64,000 nt of DNA, taken from assembly GCA_025201805.1 (NCBI GenBank), contig MU619303.1:19827-83826 (forward strand), written 5' to 3'. The translations under genes and the position numbers were made by a program. The first letter of the stretch is position 1. The number at the start of each line of letters is the position of its first letter. This document shows positions 13,428 to 26,673 of this stretch, piece after piece. The notes beneath the pieces were generated by a model. The model saw only the letters and a program-made list of their open reading frames with translations, had not been told where the DNA came from and did no database searches. The DNA is from Parasitella parasitica NRRL 2501. Lineage: Eukaryota; Fungi; Mucoromycota.

Positions 13428-13869
13428 AATTATGGATATTCTAAATTTCTTGGCCGTTGAAGATGTCATGTTGTTGGATTTGAGGTTTTTACACCCTTAC
13501 TGGGTAATCTGACGGTCAGTTATGACTACAGGCACCCTTGGCCCAAGGAACCTCAATGATTTAATGATCCACCTCCGAGAATTTTCATGCAGCTTTAACT
13601 TTGCAGATACGACGTTGAAAATGCTGCGAGTACTCGCTGCAAGTCGACATATTCTTGTGTTTATTTTTTTTGGTCTATCACGCCTTCTGTAATGGAACTC
13701 CATTAGTAAACTTCTTGATCTCTTGTTTGTTTGTCGTGTTGACATCAGTAATACTGCAGCAGGTTGAGCATCATGTGAAGTGACACAAAAAGTGTGCTGA
13801 AGAAAAGCAACAATAACACAACGCCTTGTTTTGTCTTCTTTTCCTTATAATATCTTGATTTCTATTAAA

Positions 13870-14397
13870 ATGGAGGAATCCCCTTTTTATCCACCACAAC
13901 TGCATCACCAACAAAATATAACAGCCACTGTTCCACCACATCGTGCAAGGTCTTCTTCATCTCCTCATCTCCCGATGTCGCCACCATCATTGAATCACAA
14001 CTCTTTTCCGCCTTCTTCAAATCACTCTTCTCAAAATCACATTTACCCACCTTTTCAACCACAAGGACAGCCAGCTTTTCAGCCGTATCCGGTGCCGTTA
14101 CAGCAAAATCGGCAAGTGCGGCGATACAAGACAATAAAACGACTTGTACAAATACCCAAAGGTAAACTCGTACTGGACTGCCCTGTCCCAATTCAGTATT
14201 TGGAGCGAGTGCCACTTCGCGATCCAAAGGAATTCAACATGGTGAGATATACAGCCATCACATGCGACGCCAACGAGTTTCACCAAAAGAAATATACGCT
14301 TCGACAAGAAATTATGAAAAGAGAAACTGAAATTGCGATTTGTATTACAATGTATAATGTCAGTTCTCGCAGTAATTCTTGATCTTGATCTCAGCAC

Positions 14398-14438
<41 letters not shown>

Positions 14439-16768
14439 TTTTTTTTTTTTTTTTTTTTTTGATAGGAAGATGAGATTTTATTGTCAAGAACACTACATGG
14501 TGTCATGAAGAATTTGACACAGCTAACTAAACGGTATCGGTCTCGTATTTGGGTAAGCTGCTGCCGTTACTTGGCTCTATGGAAACAGCGTTGATTCGAG
14601 TTATTTACTTTTAGGGCGAGCATTCCTGGCAAAAGGTGGTAATTTGCATCATAGCAGATGGAAGAGAGAAAATACATCCAAGGGTCCTGGATATGCTCTC
14701 TGTCCTGGGAGTCTATCAGGAAGGGATTGCAAAAAGTACTGTCAACGAAAATCCTGTTCATGCGCATCTATACGAGGTTTGCACTGGTTATACACAGCAG
14801 CGAGATGATTTTGTATACTAACGTGTTTTCCACCCAAAAACAAAAAAAAAGTATACGTCTCAATTGTCACTCACGCCAGACCTCACGTACAAGGGTGCTA
14901 TTAACGATATTGTACCTGCACAGATCGTATTTTGCTTGAAAGAAAAGAACCAGCGCAAGATCAACTCTCATCGCTGGTTTTTTCAAGCAATATGTCCTAT
15001 TCTCAGGCCCAATGTGTGTATCCTGATGGACGTTGGAACGAAGCCGGGCCCTCACTCGATTTACAAGTTATGGCTGCCATTTGAAAAGCATCGGGACATT
15101 GGCGGCGCTTGCGGTGAAGTACGTGCTATGACAGGAAAGGGTGGTATATACTTGATGAACCCATTAGTAGCTGCGCAGAATTTCGAGTACAAAATCTCCA
15201 ATATATTAGACAAGCCATTGGAAAGCGTGCTGGGTTACATTCAAGTATTGCCAGGCGCATTTTCAGCATACCGCTATGCAGCAATTCAAAACGATTTGAC
15301 AGGTGAAGGGCCATTGAAAAAGTATTTTCTGGGAGATACGTCTAGTGCCAATGTATCTGAAGGGATTTTTGAAGCCAATATGTATTTGGCAGAGGATCGT
15401 ATCCTATGTTATGAGTTGGTAGCAAAGGCAAAGTCGCAATGGAGGCTTCATTATGTGTCTGGTGCGTATGGTGAAACAGACGTGCCTTTTTCTGTGGCAG
15501 AATTTATATCCCAAAGACGACGATGGCTAAATGGTATGCACAAGCCCATGTATAAAGTAACTTGATTATGCTTACAGTGTAGATGGTATGTAACTGTATA
15601 GGGTCTTTCTTTGCTGGTGTTTACAGTCTGGTGCACTGGGGGAAAATCTTGAATACAAATCATACAGCAGGACGCAAATGTCTACTGATCATCGAACTGA
15701 TCTACTTATGTATCAACTGGTTGTTTTCATGGTTCGCCTTGGTACGTATACTGTACTTGTGTGGCCTTATGTCGAATGCATAGTATTGATGATTCACTAG
15801 GGGAATTTTTTCCTCAGTTTTTACATATTAACAGGTTCATTAGCGGTAATGGAACGACCGCCATTCTCATCAGAAGCAGCGAGCATCGTCCACACAGTGC
15901 TGACATACATATATGCGGTTTTGATTATCTGTTTATTTCTGATTGCAATGGGTAATAGGCCCCAGGGGTATGTGAAGCGAATGTCAAGAATTTCACTAAA
16001 GGATACGGGCTAACACACCCTCTTTGCCCTAGATCCCAAGGTTCATACGGCTTAATCATGCTTTTTTTTTCGTTGCTCATGATTTATGTCATCTTCTCAT
16101 CTGCTTGGATTGTGTATGTTGGTATTTCAACAGAGCTGTCAAAGCCTCAGGAGATATCCAGTCTACTGTCAAATGGGCCATTTCGAGATATTATTGTATC
16201 TATGGCCTCAACATTTGGTGTGTTTGTGCTGTCTGGTATTATTTTCTTTGATCCGTGGCATATGTTGACTAGTTTTGTCCAGTATTTTATGCTGACACCA
16301 TCTTATATCAACATCCTAAACACCTATGCATTCTGTAATACGCATGATGTGAGTTGGGGAACCAAAGATATCTTTGAAAATATACCGTACTTAGGTCATG
16401 TCAAAACCAAGGCAGACGAGACAACTGCTGAAATAGTGTTACCCCAGCAAAAGGACGTAGGATACCTGTACGAGGAGTCGTTCCGCAACCTCCAAAAGAA
16501 AAGCTCAAAAAAGGGCAAGAAATTCATCGATGCAAAGACACGGCAGGAGGATTATTATCGAAATTTCCGCACAAGACTAGTTGTATGCTGGATTTTCACA
16601 AATCTAATATTGGTCATTTTGGTTGGAACGCTGGATAATCTAGGAAGACTGGGCAACTTTGACGACAGAACAAACAGCTACATGTGCTTCATTCTTTGGA
16701 GTGTCACTGGCCTCTCTTTGTTTCGCTTTATAGGCTGCATTATTTACAGGCTTTTATCCTTTTTTTAA
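13870..16768 (+). CDS. Chitin synthase, division 1 (class I/II/III)
   Basis: [13 protein letters not shown]|[79 protein letters not shown]. About 6 introns, the first at 14359-14465. Confidence 0.95.
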
Positions 16769-17576
16769 TATAGTGTTCGTTTATTTTGGGGCTGATTTTC
16801 CTGGAGGGTCAGAATAAGTTGGAGAGGAATGTTTGATGACAGAGGCCTACTCGGCAGATGAGGGGGGTGGATCCTCAGCCATGTTAGTATCATGGAACAG
16901 AATCATGATTTTAGATAGCTTGCTGTCGAAATCCTACTGAAGAAATTGGTCTTGAGAGACCAAGTATTGGGTCGTTTCAGCACATTCCTGGGAGCTCTAC
17001 TGGGTGGGTAGTTGCAATAGTGGCGAGCTGAGTCATTGTGGACATCTGAGCGGACAATGATTTGAATTCAGGAGAGGTGGGATCAGGAGAGGCAGAATCG
17101 TCTCCTGATTTGCAGCACACAGGTCCTTCTGAGTGAGGTCGGTCAGATCCGTTTAGAAAAAGAGGCTTTTTTTTTTTTTTTTTTTTTTTTTTTTGCAGAG
17201 AGTCAGAAGGTTTTTCAGCAGGTGCTGGCGAAAGAAGAGGATGATCGATCTCCAAAGGAAAATAGGCGGTGAAGAGGGCGGGTGGCAAGGTGGGATCGAT
17301 AAGAAGGAACGATGCAAAGGGCGGGGATGTATCCTCTGGAATGGCGAGGTGATTGTCCAGTAGGACGTTGGAATGTAGTGTTGGAGCGGTGGAACCGGTA
17401 ATGCTTGTGGTGGAGGGTGATAGTGTATAAAGTGACGGGCGGTGTTTCGAACTAGCAAAAGAAGTAATGTCTGGAGGAAGAACCTGAATGCCTCTCCTTT
17501 TCTCTCCATCTCTCTCTCTTTTTTTCTTGGAAAAAAAAAAAAAAAAAGAACAAAAAAAAACGCATCTTACAGTTAT

Positions 17577-19325
17577 ATGCCAAACAGAATACCCTTATTT
17601 GCACTGTTCATCTTATTGAGAAGTATAGTGGGGCATCCTTTAGCATCTTTATTAAATGAACCCATTGTCGATCCTCCTGTCATCTATGAATCGCCTGAGT
17701 TTTGGGAAAGGCTATTCAGCATCACATTTCTGGTTCTTTTAGGCGGAGTATTTGCTGGTAAGGCAATCCTCAACATGTGAAATCGATTAGTGAGTCTGAT
17801 CTGCTAAAACTCCCAACGTAGGTCTTACTATTGGGCTGATGGGCCTTGACCAAACGAATCTCCATGTGCTGATTCAATCCGGATCGCCTTCAGAAAGGGA
17901 GAACGCCAAAAAAGTATTGGCATTGTTGGAAAGAGGTAAACATTGGGTTTTAGTGACGTTATTGCTGTCCAATGTCATTGTAAATGAAACTCTGCCTATT
18001 CTTTTGGATGGCGTCTTGGGAGGTGGATGGCAGGCAGTAGTGATCTCCACTGCACTAATTGTAATTTTTGGAGAGTAAGTTAATTGCATGCTTTTACGGA
18101 CTGGCTATTGACCATTGCATTTGTCTTGTAGAGTGATACCTCAATGTAAGGTGAAGCATCCCATTTTGACTGATTAATCTAATTTTTTTTTTGTTTTTGT
18201 TTGGTGTAGCCATATGTGTTCGACACGGTTTAGCAATAGGCGCAAAAACTGCCTGGTAAGATTCAATATAAGCATCAGGAGAGATGGGATTCTTGGCTAA
18301 CCAAGAAATTTTAGGGCCGTTCTCATTTTGATGTACATTATGTATCCAATTGCTTATCCAACAGCATTGTTGCTGGATTTCTTTCTTGGTGAATCTCATG
18401 GAACAGTGTACAAAAAGGCTGGTCTCAAATCGCTCGTGTCACTCCATCAAGCAGTACATCCTTCAGACGTAGACGCACTCACAGCAGATGAAGTTACCAT
18501 TATTGGGGCCGTGCTTGATCTAAAGTCAAAGCCTGTCTCGTTCATCATGACGCCCATGAATGACGTCTTTACACTATCGACAGAAGACATTTTGAATGAA
18601 GAGCTGGTAGATAAAGTAAGGGACTGATTTACAAAGGAGCGGCTGGCATAATGAATTTACATATTTGTACTAGATCTTGACTGCAGGCTATTCTCGTATC
18701 CCTGTTCATACACCTGAGGACAAAGAAAACTTCATCGGGATGTTGTTAACAAAGCGGTTGATTGCTTATGACCCTGAAGACGCATTACCATTGAAGCAAT
18801 TGCCCTTGAACACTCTTCCAGAAACATGCCCAGATACAAGTTGTTTGGATATCTTGAATTTCTTCCAGGAGGGCAAAAGTATGCATATTTTAATACCCTA
18901 TAGTTCAAGTAGTCTTTGTCAATTAATTATCTCCTTGCTTTGGTTTAAAATAGGTCATATGGCAATAGTCTCCAGCAATCCAGGTAGCTCAAGCGGTGCT
19001 CTGGGCGTAATTACATTGGAAGATGTCATAGAAGAATTGATAGGAGAGGTATGCATTAAAGGATTATTGGTGGATGTGTTACTCATGCTGTAATCAAACA
19101 GGAAATCATTGACGAAACAGACGTCTACATAGATGGTGAGCTCCTTTCACAGTTTGATTTGATATTTAGATACCCAATTGACTAACCCGTCTTGATGTAG
19201 TACGAAACAAAATTCGTGTTGTTCGCCGGCAAATGATGAGCAAACGAAATACGTATTTGACAGCCAGAAAAAAGAGTGCACCAAACGATAGATCTGCTGA
19301 AAAGCCATCCTATGGTGCTATTTAA
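17577..19325 (+). CDS. CNNM/DUF21 plus CBS metal transporter (Mam3-like)
   Basis: [80 protein letters not shown]. Many introns, including a 14-nt exon at 18132-18145; stop 19323-19325. Confidence 0.9.
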
Positions 19326-19439
19326 TGCAGTTTTCGCCTCCAACAATACTCAATAAAGTTTTTAACAAAATAACATGTAATATTGATCGTTTCAACGTGA
19401 TTATTTTTATTGAATGGTGCTGCAAAAGTGAATTGAAAT

Positions 19440-19959
19440 CTAGTTGGCCTTTCTACGGAAAGAGCAACCTACAAAACTGGATCAATATATGATTCCATCT
19501 ACCGAAATCAAAGTACTATTACCTTCAGTCAAACGAGCACGGCCACCAGTAGGTTGACAGAGGACGGTACCGCAAGAAGAACACAAGACAACAGTTTGGG
19601 CGTGGCTGAAGACAGTGCTGATGTTCAAACAACCTTTTACAATGTTTAGCTTTTCGAGAATCTTGTAAAAAAAAAAATGAAAATAAAAAAAAAGACTTAC
19701 CGGGACACTTGACATCCATGAAATAAGAATTGGGAGATTGCACTAAACGCTTGAGCTTATGAGAACGCTTCTCGTGTTCGACAGAGGGGTTCAAGAGATC
19801 AATAGCCAACTATAAATTGAAATCGTTGGTTAATCTGATACTATTGTGCCTGCAGACACATCCATCCAAAATTTGAAAAATTCACTGGATCTAATACACA
19901 TCCATCCTCATACAGATTATCTCTTTTATCTCTTATTATCCAAGTGTACTTACAGTCAT
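19440..19959 (-). CDS. RPS27: 40S ribosomal protein S27 (eS27)
   Basis: MT|LAIDLLNP...[21 protein letters not shown]|[37 protein letters not shown]|CSFRRKAN*. First coding exon is 6 nt. Confidence 0.97.
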
Positions 19960-21876
19960 TGTTCAATAAGTGATCCTACGCAAAAGAAGGAAGGATATCA
20001 AGTAGATCTACTGCGGTTACTAACCAGAACGTGGATCGTGTTGGAGGCATCTCAAAGGCATCGGTCTTGTGCGGACGAGCTGCATCAAGTCAATGGTTAT
20101 TCTCGGTCCGGAAACTTTATAATGAAAAAATCATTTGGGTTTTTTGTCCATCTAATTTGAGCCGCTAGATGTTTTAATTATCCTTTCTATAATCCTTGCC
20201 ACGTTAAATTTAAATGGATCTTTTTTTTACTTTCATATAATGTAGTATCCAAGCGTATAAATCTGCTCCTTTCCCACAAGTTGTCGGTTACGGGTTCCAG
20301 CTGAAAATATGGTAGTGGTGATACATTTAAAGACAGCAGTAGTTGGCATTTTTTCCTTTCTGGCACTACATTTTGCGATCTTTTGAAACTATTTAGTCGA
20401 TTTATCGATAGTTTCTTCAAGAATTGGGTGATATGCGTCAATTCGTTTGCTGAAGGATATTTAGAAAAGTAGTTTTTAAATGGTTTTTCAATAAACAAAA
20501 AAAAAACAAAAAAAAAAGGCAAACACATCTTTTACTCTAAATCACATTTTCGATTAATATTTACGATGGAAAGAGGCCGAATTTGCACAATAGCGATGCA
20601 AATTCAATAGAAGAACTACATAAAGTACAGTCTAAGGATTGCCCGAATACTGTAAAGTGTGGTCGCATTACTTTATAGAGAGTTCAAACCATTTCTTTGG
20701 CAAGGTACTTACCTATATAACTATTAAAACCCTCGATATTAGTACTATATTATTAGAGATATTTAAATCATATGAATATCTTCATTTTCGACTGAAATAA
20801 ACATTATTTCAATGGATCTAAAAATTAATGGTATGGCAGGAAAGATGGGAAATTGGGTTTCAGTGAGCGATACAACAGCCTGAGAGATTAATATAGAGAA
20901 TGAAATAACTTATATAGTTTGACAAAAGATAGCATATACAAAATTGACTAATGAAAAGGGCATGTTTAGGCACATTTAAATAAATGCAAAGGCTATAGTA
21001 ATGTATGGATGCTTAATTTTAGGTTTTACCAGATCAAAGAGTATATTTTAAAGAGCACAAGAAGGTATCTGGAAGATGAAGGTAATGTGGGCTTCAAGTA
21101 AAGATATGATTGGGCATTGATAGTAAAGACTGAAGAGAATTTTGGCAATATAGATGGTGACAATTGACCTTTCACAAGCTTGATCCTAATGCGTTGTGTT
21201 ACAAGCAGCAAAAAAGAAATATGGTGTGTTGTATTTGTACCTTCATATGCTACTGTAAGTGCATGCCAATACGCCGCCATGTTATTGTTTGATTCAATTA
21301 GGCTCTCCAGTGTACAGATTAGCTTTAGCCAATCAAAGTCAAAACGCCCCTTCTGATCAGCAGATTTCATGGAAAGTCAAGAATAACAACAATGAGACAG
21401 TGATAGTGTTTCTGGATAATAAATCACTATCCAAGTGTTTGCTGTAAAGTATATTTTATCAATGTAAAGCACGAAACGTATGCAGATACATAAAGCTGAC
21501 AGGAGAACTAAATGCGTTCTTGGGCTAAAATAAATCAGCATGTATACAACAGCAGAGCCATAATATGTGGAATAATAGAGAGTTTCCAAAATATGTATAT
21601 TATAACCACATCTGTTGTATGACAAAGAGATCAGAATCAAAGAGCTTTCTGTACGTTCTGTTCTTAAAGTCGACCCCACCTGTTTAAGCGTGTGGACTGG
21701 AATATTTCTATGATTGGCTAATTATATTAGATCAAGAAACGCCAGAACTTTTTTAGGATATTCATAACATACATATACAAATATAAAAGAGATCAAAGAC
21801 TGAAGTCTCGGTATTGCTTGAATCAACCCCTCTTTTTTTTTCTTCTTGTCTTTATCTTTTTTCTCATCATTTACAC

Positions 21877-23553
21877 ATGGAGCCTGGTGAGTATACTTGG
21901 ATTTTCGCTGTTGCCATGGTAGTGGCGTTTGCAGATGCGTTTGGCATCGGTGCAAATGATGTTGCAAACTCATTTGCCACATCAGTTTCTTCAGGCTCGC
22001 TGACCTTGGCCCAAGCCTGTATTGTTGCTTGTTTCACTGAATTTGGTGGTGCTGTGTTGCTAGGTGCTGAAACGGCCGAGACAATCAAAGGTGGCATCTT
22101 GGCAGTTGAGAATTACGTTCAGCAACCTGAAATGCTCATGCTGGCCATGTTTGCTGCTCTCATCGGTTCCGCTTTTTGGGTGATAACTGCCTCTCGATAT
22201 GGCTGGCCAGTGAGTACTACTCATTCCATTGTTGGTGCTATTATCGGTACTGGTATCGCTGCGTTTGGCGTTGACTCAATTGACTGGGGCTTCAGCGGCG
22301 ACTTCTCGGGCGTTGCTCAAATCATCACCTCCTGGTTTCTTTCGCCCGTTGCAGCTGGCATTGTTGCTGCCATCATTTATATGATTACAAAGTATGCCAT
22401 TTTGCGCCAAACAGAGAGCTTCAAGTGGGGCATTCGATTGGTCCCTATCTACTTTTTCTTTACTGCTGGCATCGAAGCCTTTTATATCATCTACAAGGCT
22501 CCTGGAGGTGGATCCAAAGAAATGAGTATTGGCACTATTGTCGGTATTGCTGTTGGTGTTGCTGCATTCTGCGCTGCCTTTGGTCAATTCTGTTTCTGTC
22601 CTTGGGTAGTCCGCAAAATCAAGGGAAGAGAAAACCTCAAACTGTACCACATGTTCTACATTTTCCTCGTCAAGAAGCAGCCGACTATCGATGAACTCAT
22701 CGCTGCTGAAGAACGCGTCAACTCTCGCCCAGTCTCTATTCACTCTGCTACCGCTGCCGGCAATGACCACGAAGCCTCTGTCGGTACTGAAGTTGTCGCA
22801 TGTGCCGATGAAAAGCTGAAAAAGTTAGATTCTGATAGTGAAGTTGTTCAAAGCGAAAACATAGCTAGTGCTCAAGACGCGGTCGAGGGTACATTCCTTG
22901 TTAGAAAGTTTCAGCTTGCAAAAGCCAAGTTTTTGGGTGTTGCTTTAAATGGAATTCGTCAAGATGTTAGAAATTTGGACAACAACAAGCTTGCTCATGT
23001 TCATCAACACGCTGAAATCTTTGAAGACGATGCTGAGTATCTCTTCTCTTTCTTGCAAGTTATCACTGCATGCATGGCCTCTTTTGCTCACGGCTCCAAC
23101 GATGTCTCCAATGCTGTTGGTCCTATTGCTTCTATTTATGAGGTTTGGGTCAGTGCTCGTGTTGACATTACTGGTAAAGTTCCTATCCCTATCTGGATTC
23201 TTGTATATGGTGGCGTTGGTATCGATCTTGGTCTGGCTCTTTTAGGCTACAGAGTCATGCGTGCTATGGGCAATAACATTACCTTCTTTACGCCTTCTCG
23301 CGGTTTCTGTGCCGAGTTAGCTGCTGCTCTTACTGTTCTTACTTGCTCCCAAATTGGTTTGCCTGTTTCCACCACTCATTGTATCACTGGCGCTTCTGCA
23401 GCCATTGGCCTATGTAACACGAACGGCTGGAAGGCTGTCAACTGGAAAATGCTTGCCTGGTGCTTCTTTTCTTGGTTCATCACTTTGCCTGTTGCTGGTC
23501 TTGTTGCTGGTCTTGCGTTTGCTGTCATGGCAAATGCGCCTCATTTTGTGTAA
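21877..23553 (+). CDS. PHO89: PiT-family (SLC20/Pho89/Pho-4) sodium-phosphate symporter
   Basis: GIGANDVANSFATSV, PVSTTHSIVG, FAHGSNDVSNAVGP, PSRGFCAEL, PVSTTHC. Intronless; first ATG at 21877. Confidence 0.93.
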   Translation: MEPGEYTWIFAVAMVVAFADAFGIGANDVANSFATSVSSGSLTLAQACIVACFTEFGGAVLLGAETAETIKGGILAVENYVQQPEMLMLAMFAALIGSAFWVITASRYGWPVSTTHSIVGAIIGTGIAAFGVDSIDWGFSGDFSGVAQIITSWFLSPVAAGIVAAIIYMITKYAILRQTESFKWGIRLVPIYFFFTAGIEAFYIIYKAPGGGSKEMSIGTIVGIAVGVAAFCAAFGQFCFCPWVVRKIKGRENLKLYHMFYIFLVKKQPTIDELIAAEERVNSRPVSIHSATAAGNDHEASVGTEVVACADEKLKKLDSDSEVVQSENIASAQDAVEGTFLVRKFQLAKAKFLGVALNGIRQDVRNLDNNKLAHVHQHAEIFEDDAEYLFSFLQVITACMASFAHGSNDVSNAVGPIASIYEVWVSARVDITGKVPIPIWILVYGGVGIDLGLALLGYRVMRAMGNNITFFTPSRGFCAELAAALTVLTCSQIGLPVSTTHCITGASAAIGLCNTNGWKAVNWKMLAWCFFSWFITLPVAGLVAGLAFAVMANAPHFV

Positions 23554-24077
23554 ATCCTTTCACAAACTACTTGTATTATTAAATTCATGCAATCTTGCAC
23601 ACTTTGAAACATATTAATTATTAAAATAAAATCTAATCTACTCTACTTTATCCTATAATATAGGTACATGTTTAAGCTTATTAGCGCTAAATGTATACAT
23701 TTAACGTTATTTCATACTGAACGTTTGAATTTTATCATGAGTTTCATTCATCGAACAAAGAGCAACACATACGTACTACTAGCGTCATTTCACAAATATC
23801 CTACTATACCATATAAATCCTCAACCTTAGGGTTCCAGAACAACAGGTTACTGAACAATGATGATGATGAAGATCATTCATCATTGAAAGGGGGTTGGGG
23901 TGGAGCCAAATAATAAACAAAAGCACGTTTTACAACATTTGTCCTACGCTCGTGGCTTCAACTTATGATATTTGTTGCACCACTGGCAAGTCAATAAAGT
24001 ACAACTTGTAATGTGCACGCCATCTTTTTCTTTTCTTTACGTTATCTATTACAAAAAACAAAAAACAAAAAAAAAAC

Positions 24078-26464
24078 ATGGGTCTTTTAAACTTGGGTGG
24101 TCTTTACAAAAAGAAAAGCAAAAAAACTGAAACTGTACCTACCCCTGTGACCCAAGTCGAGCCGATTGTGTTGAAATTAGACCTCGACCTGAACAGCTCC
24201 CCCTCAATTCCAGATATCAATACCATAGCAACAACTACGTTACCACAGCAACAACGGAACGTTAGCAATAGCAATGCACCTGCTGGATCAGGAAGTCTGT
24301 TTGACGATATCTTTGCAGAATTGACCACAACTAGCATTGCTCAAGTAGACCAACAGGGTAAGTCTTTAAAATCGATTGTTTACATTAACTAGTCTGTATT
24401 AAATAACATAAAGACTCGATGCAAAATGACATTTCCTTGGCTATCGCCCTATCGCAGCAACTTCAATTAGAGGAGGACAATAGCACAACTGTGGTGACCA
24501 ACACTCCCAAGAAGAAAGGTGATGCCATGTCGAGTAACAGGGAGAATAAAGCATCCAATTTCTTTCTAGGCGGGGACAGTATCTACAGCAATTATTCGAA
24601 AAAATCTTCAGCATTAGATGGTAATAACGGCCAACCCAATTCAGCGTTCTCAACGTCAATGTTTGACAATTTACTCGGTAGTAGTAGTCGAGACATATCC
24701 ACATCTTCTATTTCTGCTGCAAATACGAATAACACCAAGTTCAGAAGTACCACGCTTACTGTTACTACAAACGTCGTGCTAGACTCGGATATTTCAGACC
24801 CTGACGAAGATGATTCACAAAATGAAAGCCAAGATGGCGATAGACACCTACAAAATGCCGATAGAAATCAGCGTGTGACAAAAGCTGTGCGGCCCATTAT
24901 GGAAAGGAAATCACAGCACGATCGACTCTTGGTTCAACATAAAGCTGATAATTGGGCCATTCGAGTAGACCCAGAAGCTAATCGAGTAGAATCAAACGAA
25001 TCCGTGATTCATAGAATGAAAGATAGACATAGAAATCAAGTAAGATTAGCTGCGTTAAGACAGCAACAACAAGATCAACAACAATACGATATGATGCCCC
25101 GCCATATGGTGACACAACCTTATGGCCCATTGCCACCAAATGTCGTATTACCACACCCAGGTATGCTCATGGATCCAACCCAAATGTACTTTTCGACTCC
25201 TTTAAATGAGCATATTTCAAAAACACCCGGATCCAAGACAACAGCGGCGCCACCTGTTCCTGTACCATTACCTGCAGGATTTTTTCCAAATCCAACACAT
25301 GCGACATTGGCTATTTCTCAAAATAAAGGGATAGAGAAGACTGATAAACACACGACACCACCACAGCGACAACTATCAGCAAGACCTTTCCCCACACAAA
25401 GCTGTTCAACTCCTGCTACATCAGGTCGCCCTAGGCTTAACCTGTCTCCACCAGCAATGCCATTATCAGCAACAGTCGTGCCACATTCTGCTAATACCAG
25501 TAGTAATACAAGCGGCAACATCAACACACAAACACTTGAGCCATCGCCTGCGTCTTCATCGGTCACTTTACAATCAGCTCCGTCTTCTCTCCCTACGGAT
25601 GTCGATGATGATAATATCGATGATAAATCAGCTATCGTTGAATCTCCAATTCAGGAGAACTTTCAGCTCTCAATGGAGGAAGACGCTGTTGGAGCTGAAG
25701 CTGATGCCGAAAGTAGCGACGATGAAGAAAGAAAGTCTGTCATTATCCGAAAGAAAAAGTCCACCAAAAAGCTACTTCAGAAACAACATCAACATGGCAC
25801 TGATTCGCCGTCTTGTTCGAGTGATACAAACAGCATGAGGAGTCACCAAATACGATCATCAAGATCTGCACCCAATCTAAAAAAGAAGCACTCGTCTAAA
25901 AAGGTTAGCAAATCGACCAGTCGATCCAGTAGCAGCAGAAATTCACAAGAAGCTTGCACGCCACCTTCTGAATTGATTGCCACTCCCCCTCCATTGCCTA
26001 GTAAACACCAAGAGCAGCTTCACTACCATTTGCCCCGTTCGCATAGCCATCAACAGCAGCAATATCACCATCTACAAGACAGACACCGTCATAGTCAACC
26101 ATTACGACACATGAAGAGCGCATCTGATTTTCCCAGAGGTCAGCATCTTTCTGTCCAACAGCAGCAATTGAACAATGAGTGGGAACGTATGCAATACTAT
26201 CATGGCCATAGTGTACCGCTCATTTTACCGAACAATCAACAACAACAGCAACCAATGCCATATACAATGCCCATGTATTCTTCTCCTCTATATTATTCTA
26301 CGATACCACGACCAATCATGCCATACACAACTAATATTACCATGGAAGCCTACAATCCACAACAAGACAATGCGCTTCGTGCCAGTATGGTGGGTGGGAA
26401 CGGTAATATGATGGTGTACCAATCTCCTCCACCACAAGGCTATCAACATTATTCCTTCCAATAG
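24078..26464 (+). CDS. Hypothetical low-complexity (S/P/Q-rich) protein
   Basis: Long ORF of 681 aa plus an upstream exon joined in frame by intron 24358-24413. No recognisable domain. Confidence 0.75.
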
Positions 26465-26673
26465 ATGTTTGTACGTTAATCCGAATAAAAATTTAGGCTT
26501 TTTTTTTAGCCCCTATGTTGTATATGTATACATGTACATGGTACTCACGATTTTGTTCTTTATATCTCAGAAGTTAATTAGTGCATAAATTGATTCCAAA
26601 GAAGAGGCATATATCATTGTCTATTAAGTGTTTATTATTTATATATAAAAAAAAAAAGAAGAAACATTGATGT

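Noticed and set aside
13497-13745. 82-aa minus-strand ORF between the CBS gene and the chitin synthase
   Set aside because: It has no recognisable motif or splice structure and cannot be supported as a gene.
14098-14493. Poly-lysine ORFs
   Set aside because: They are artefacts of intronic poly-T/poly-A runs.
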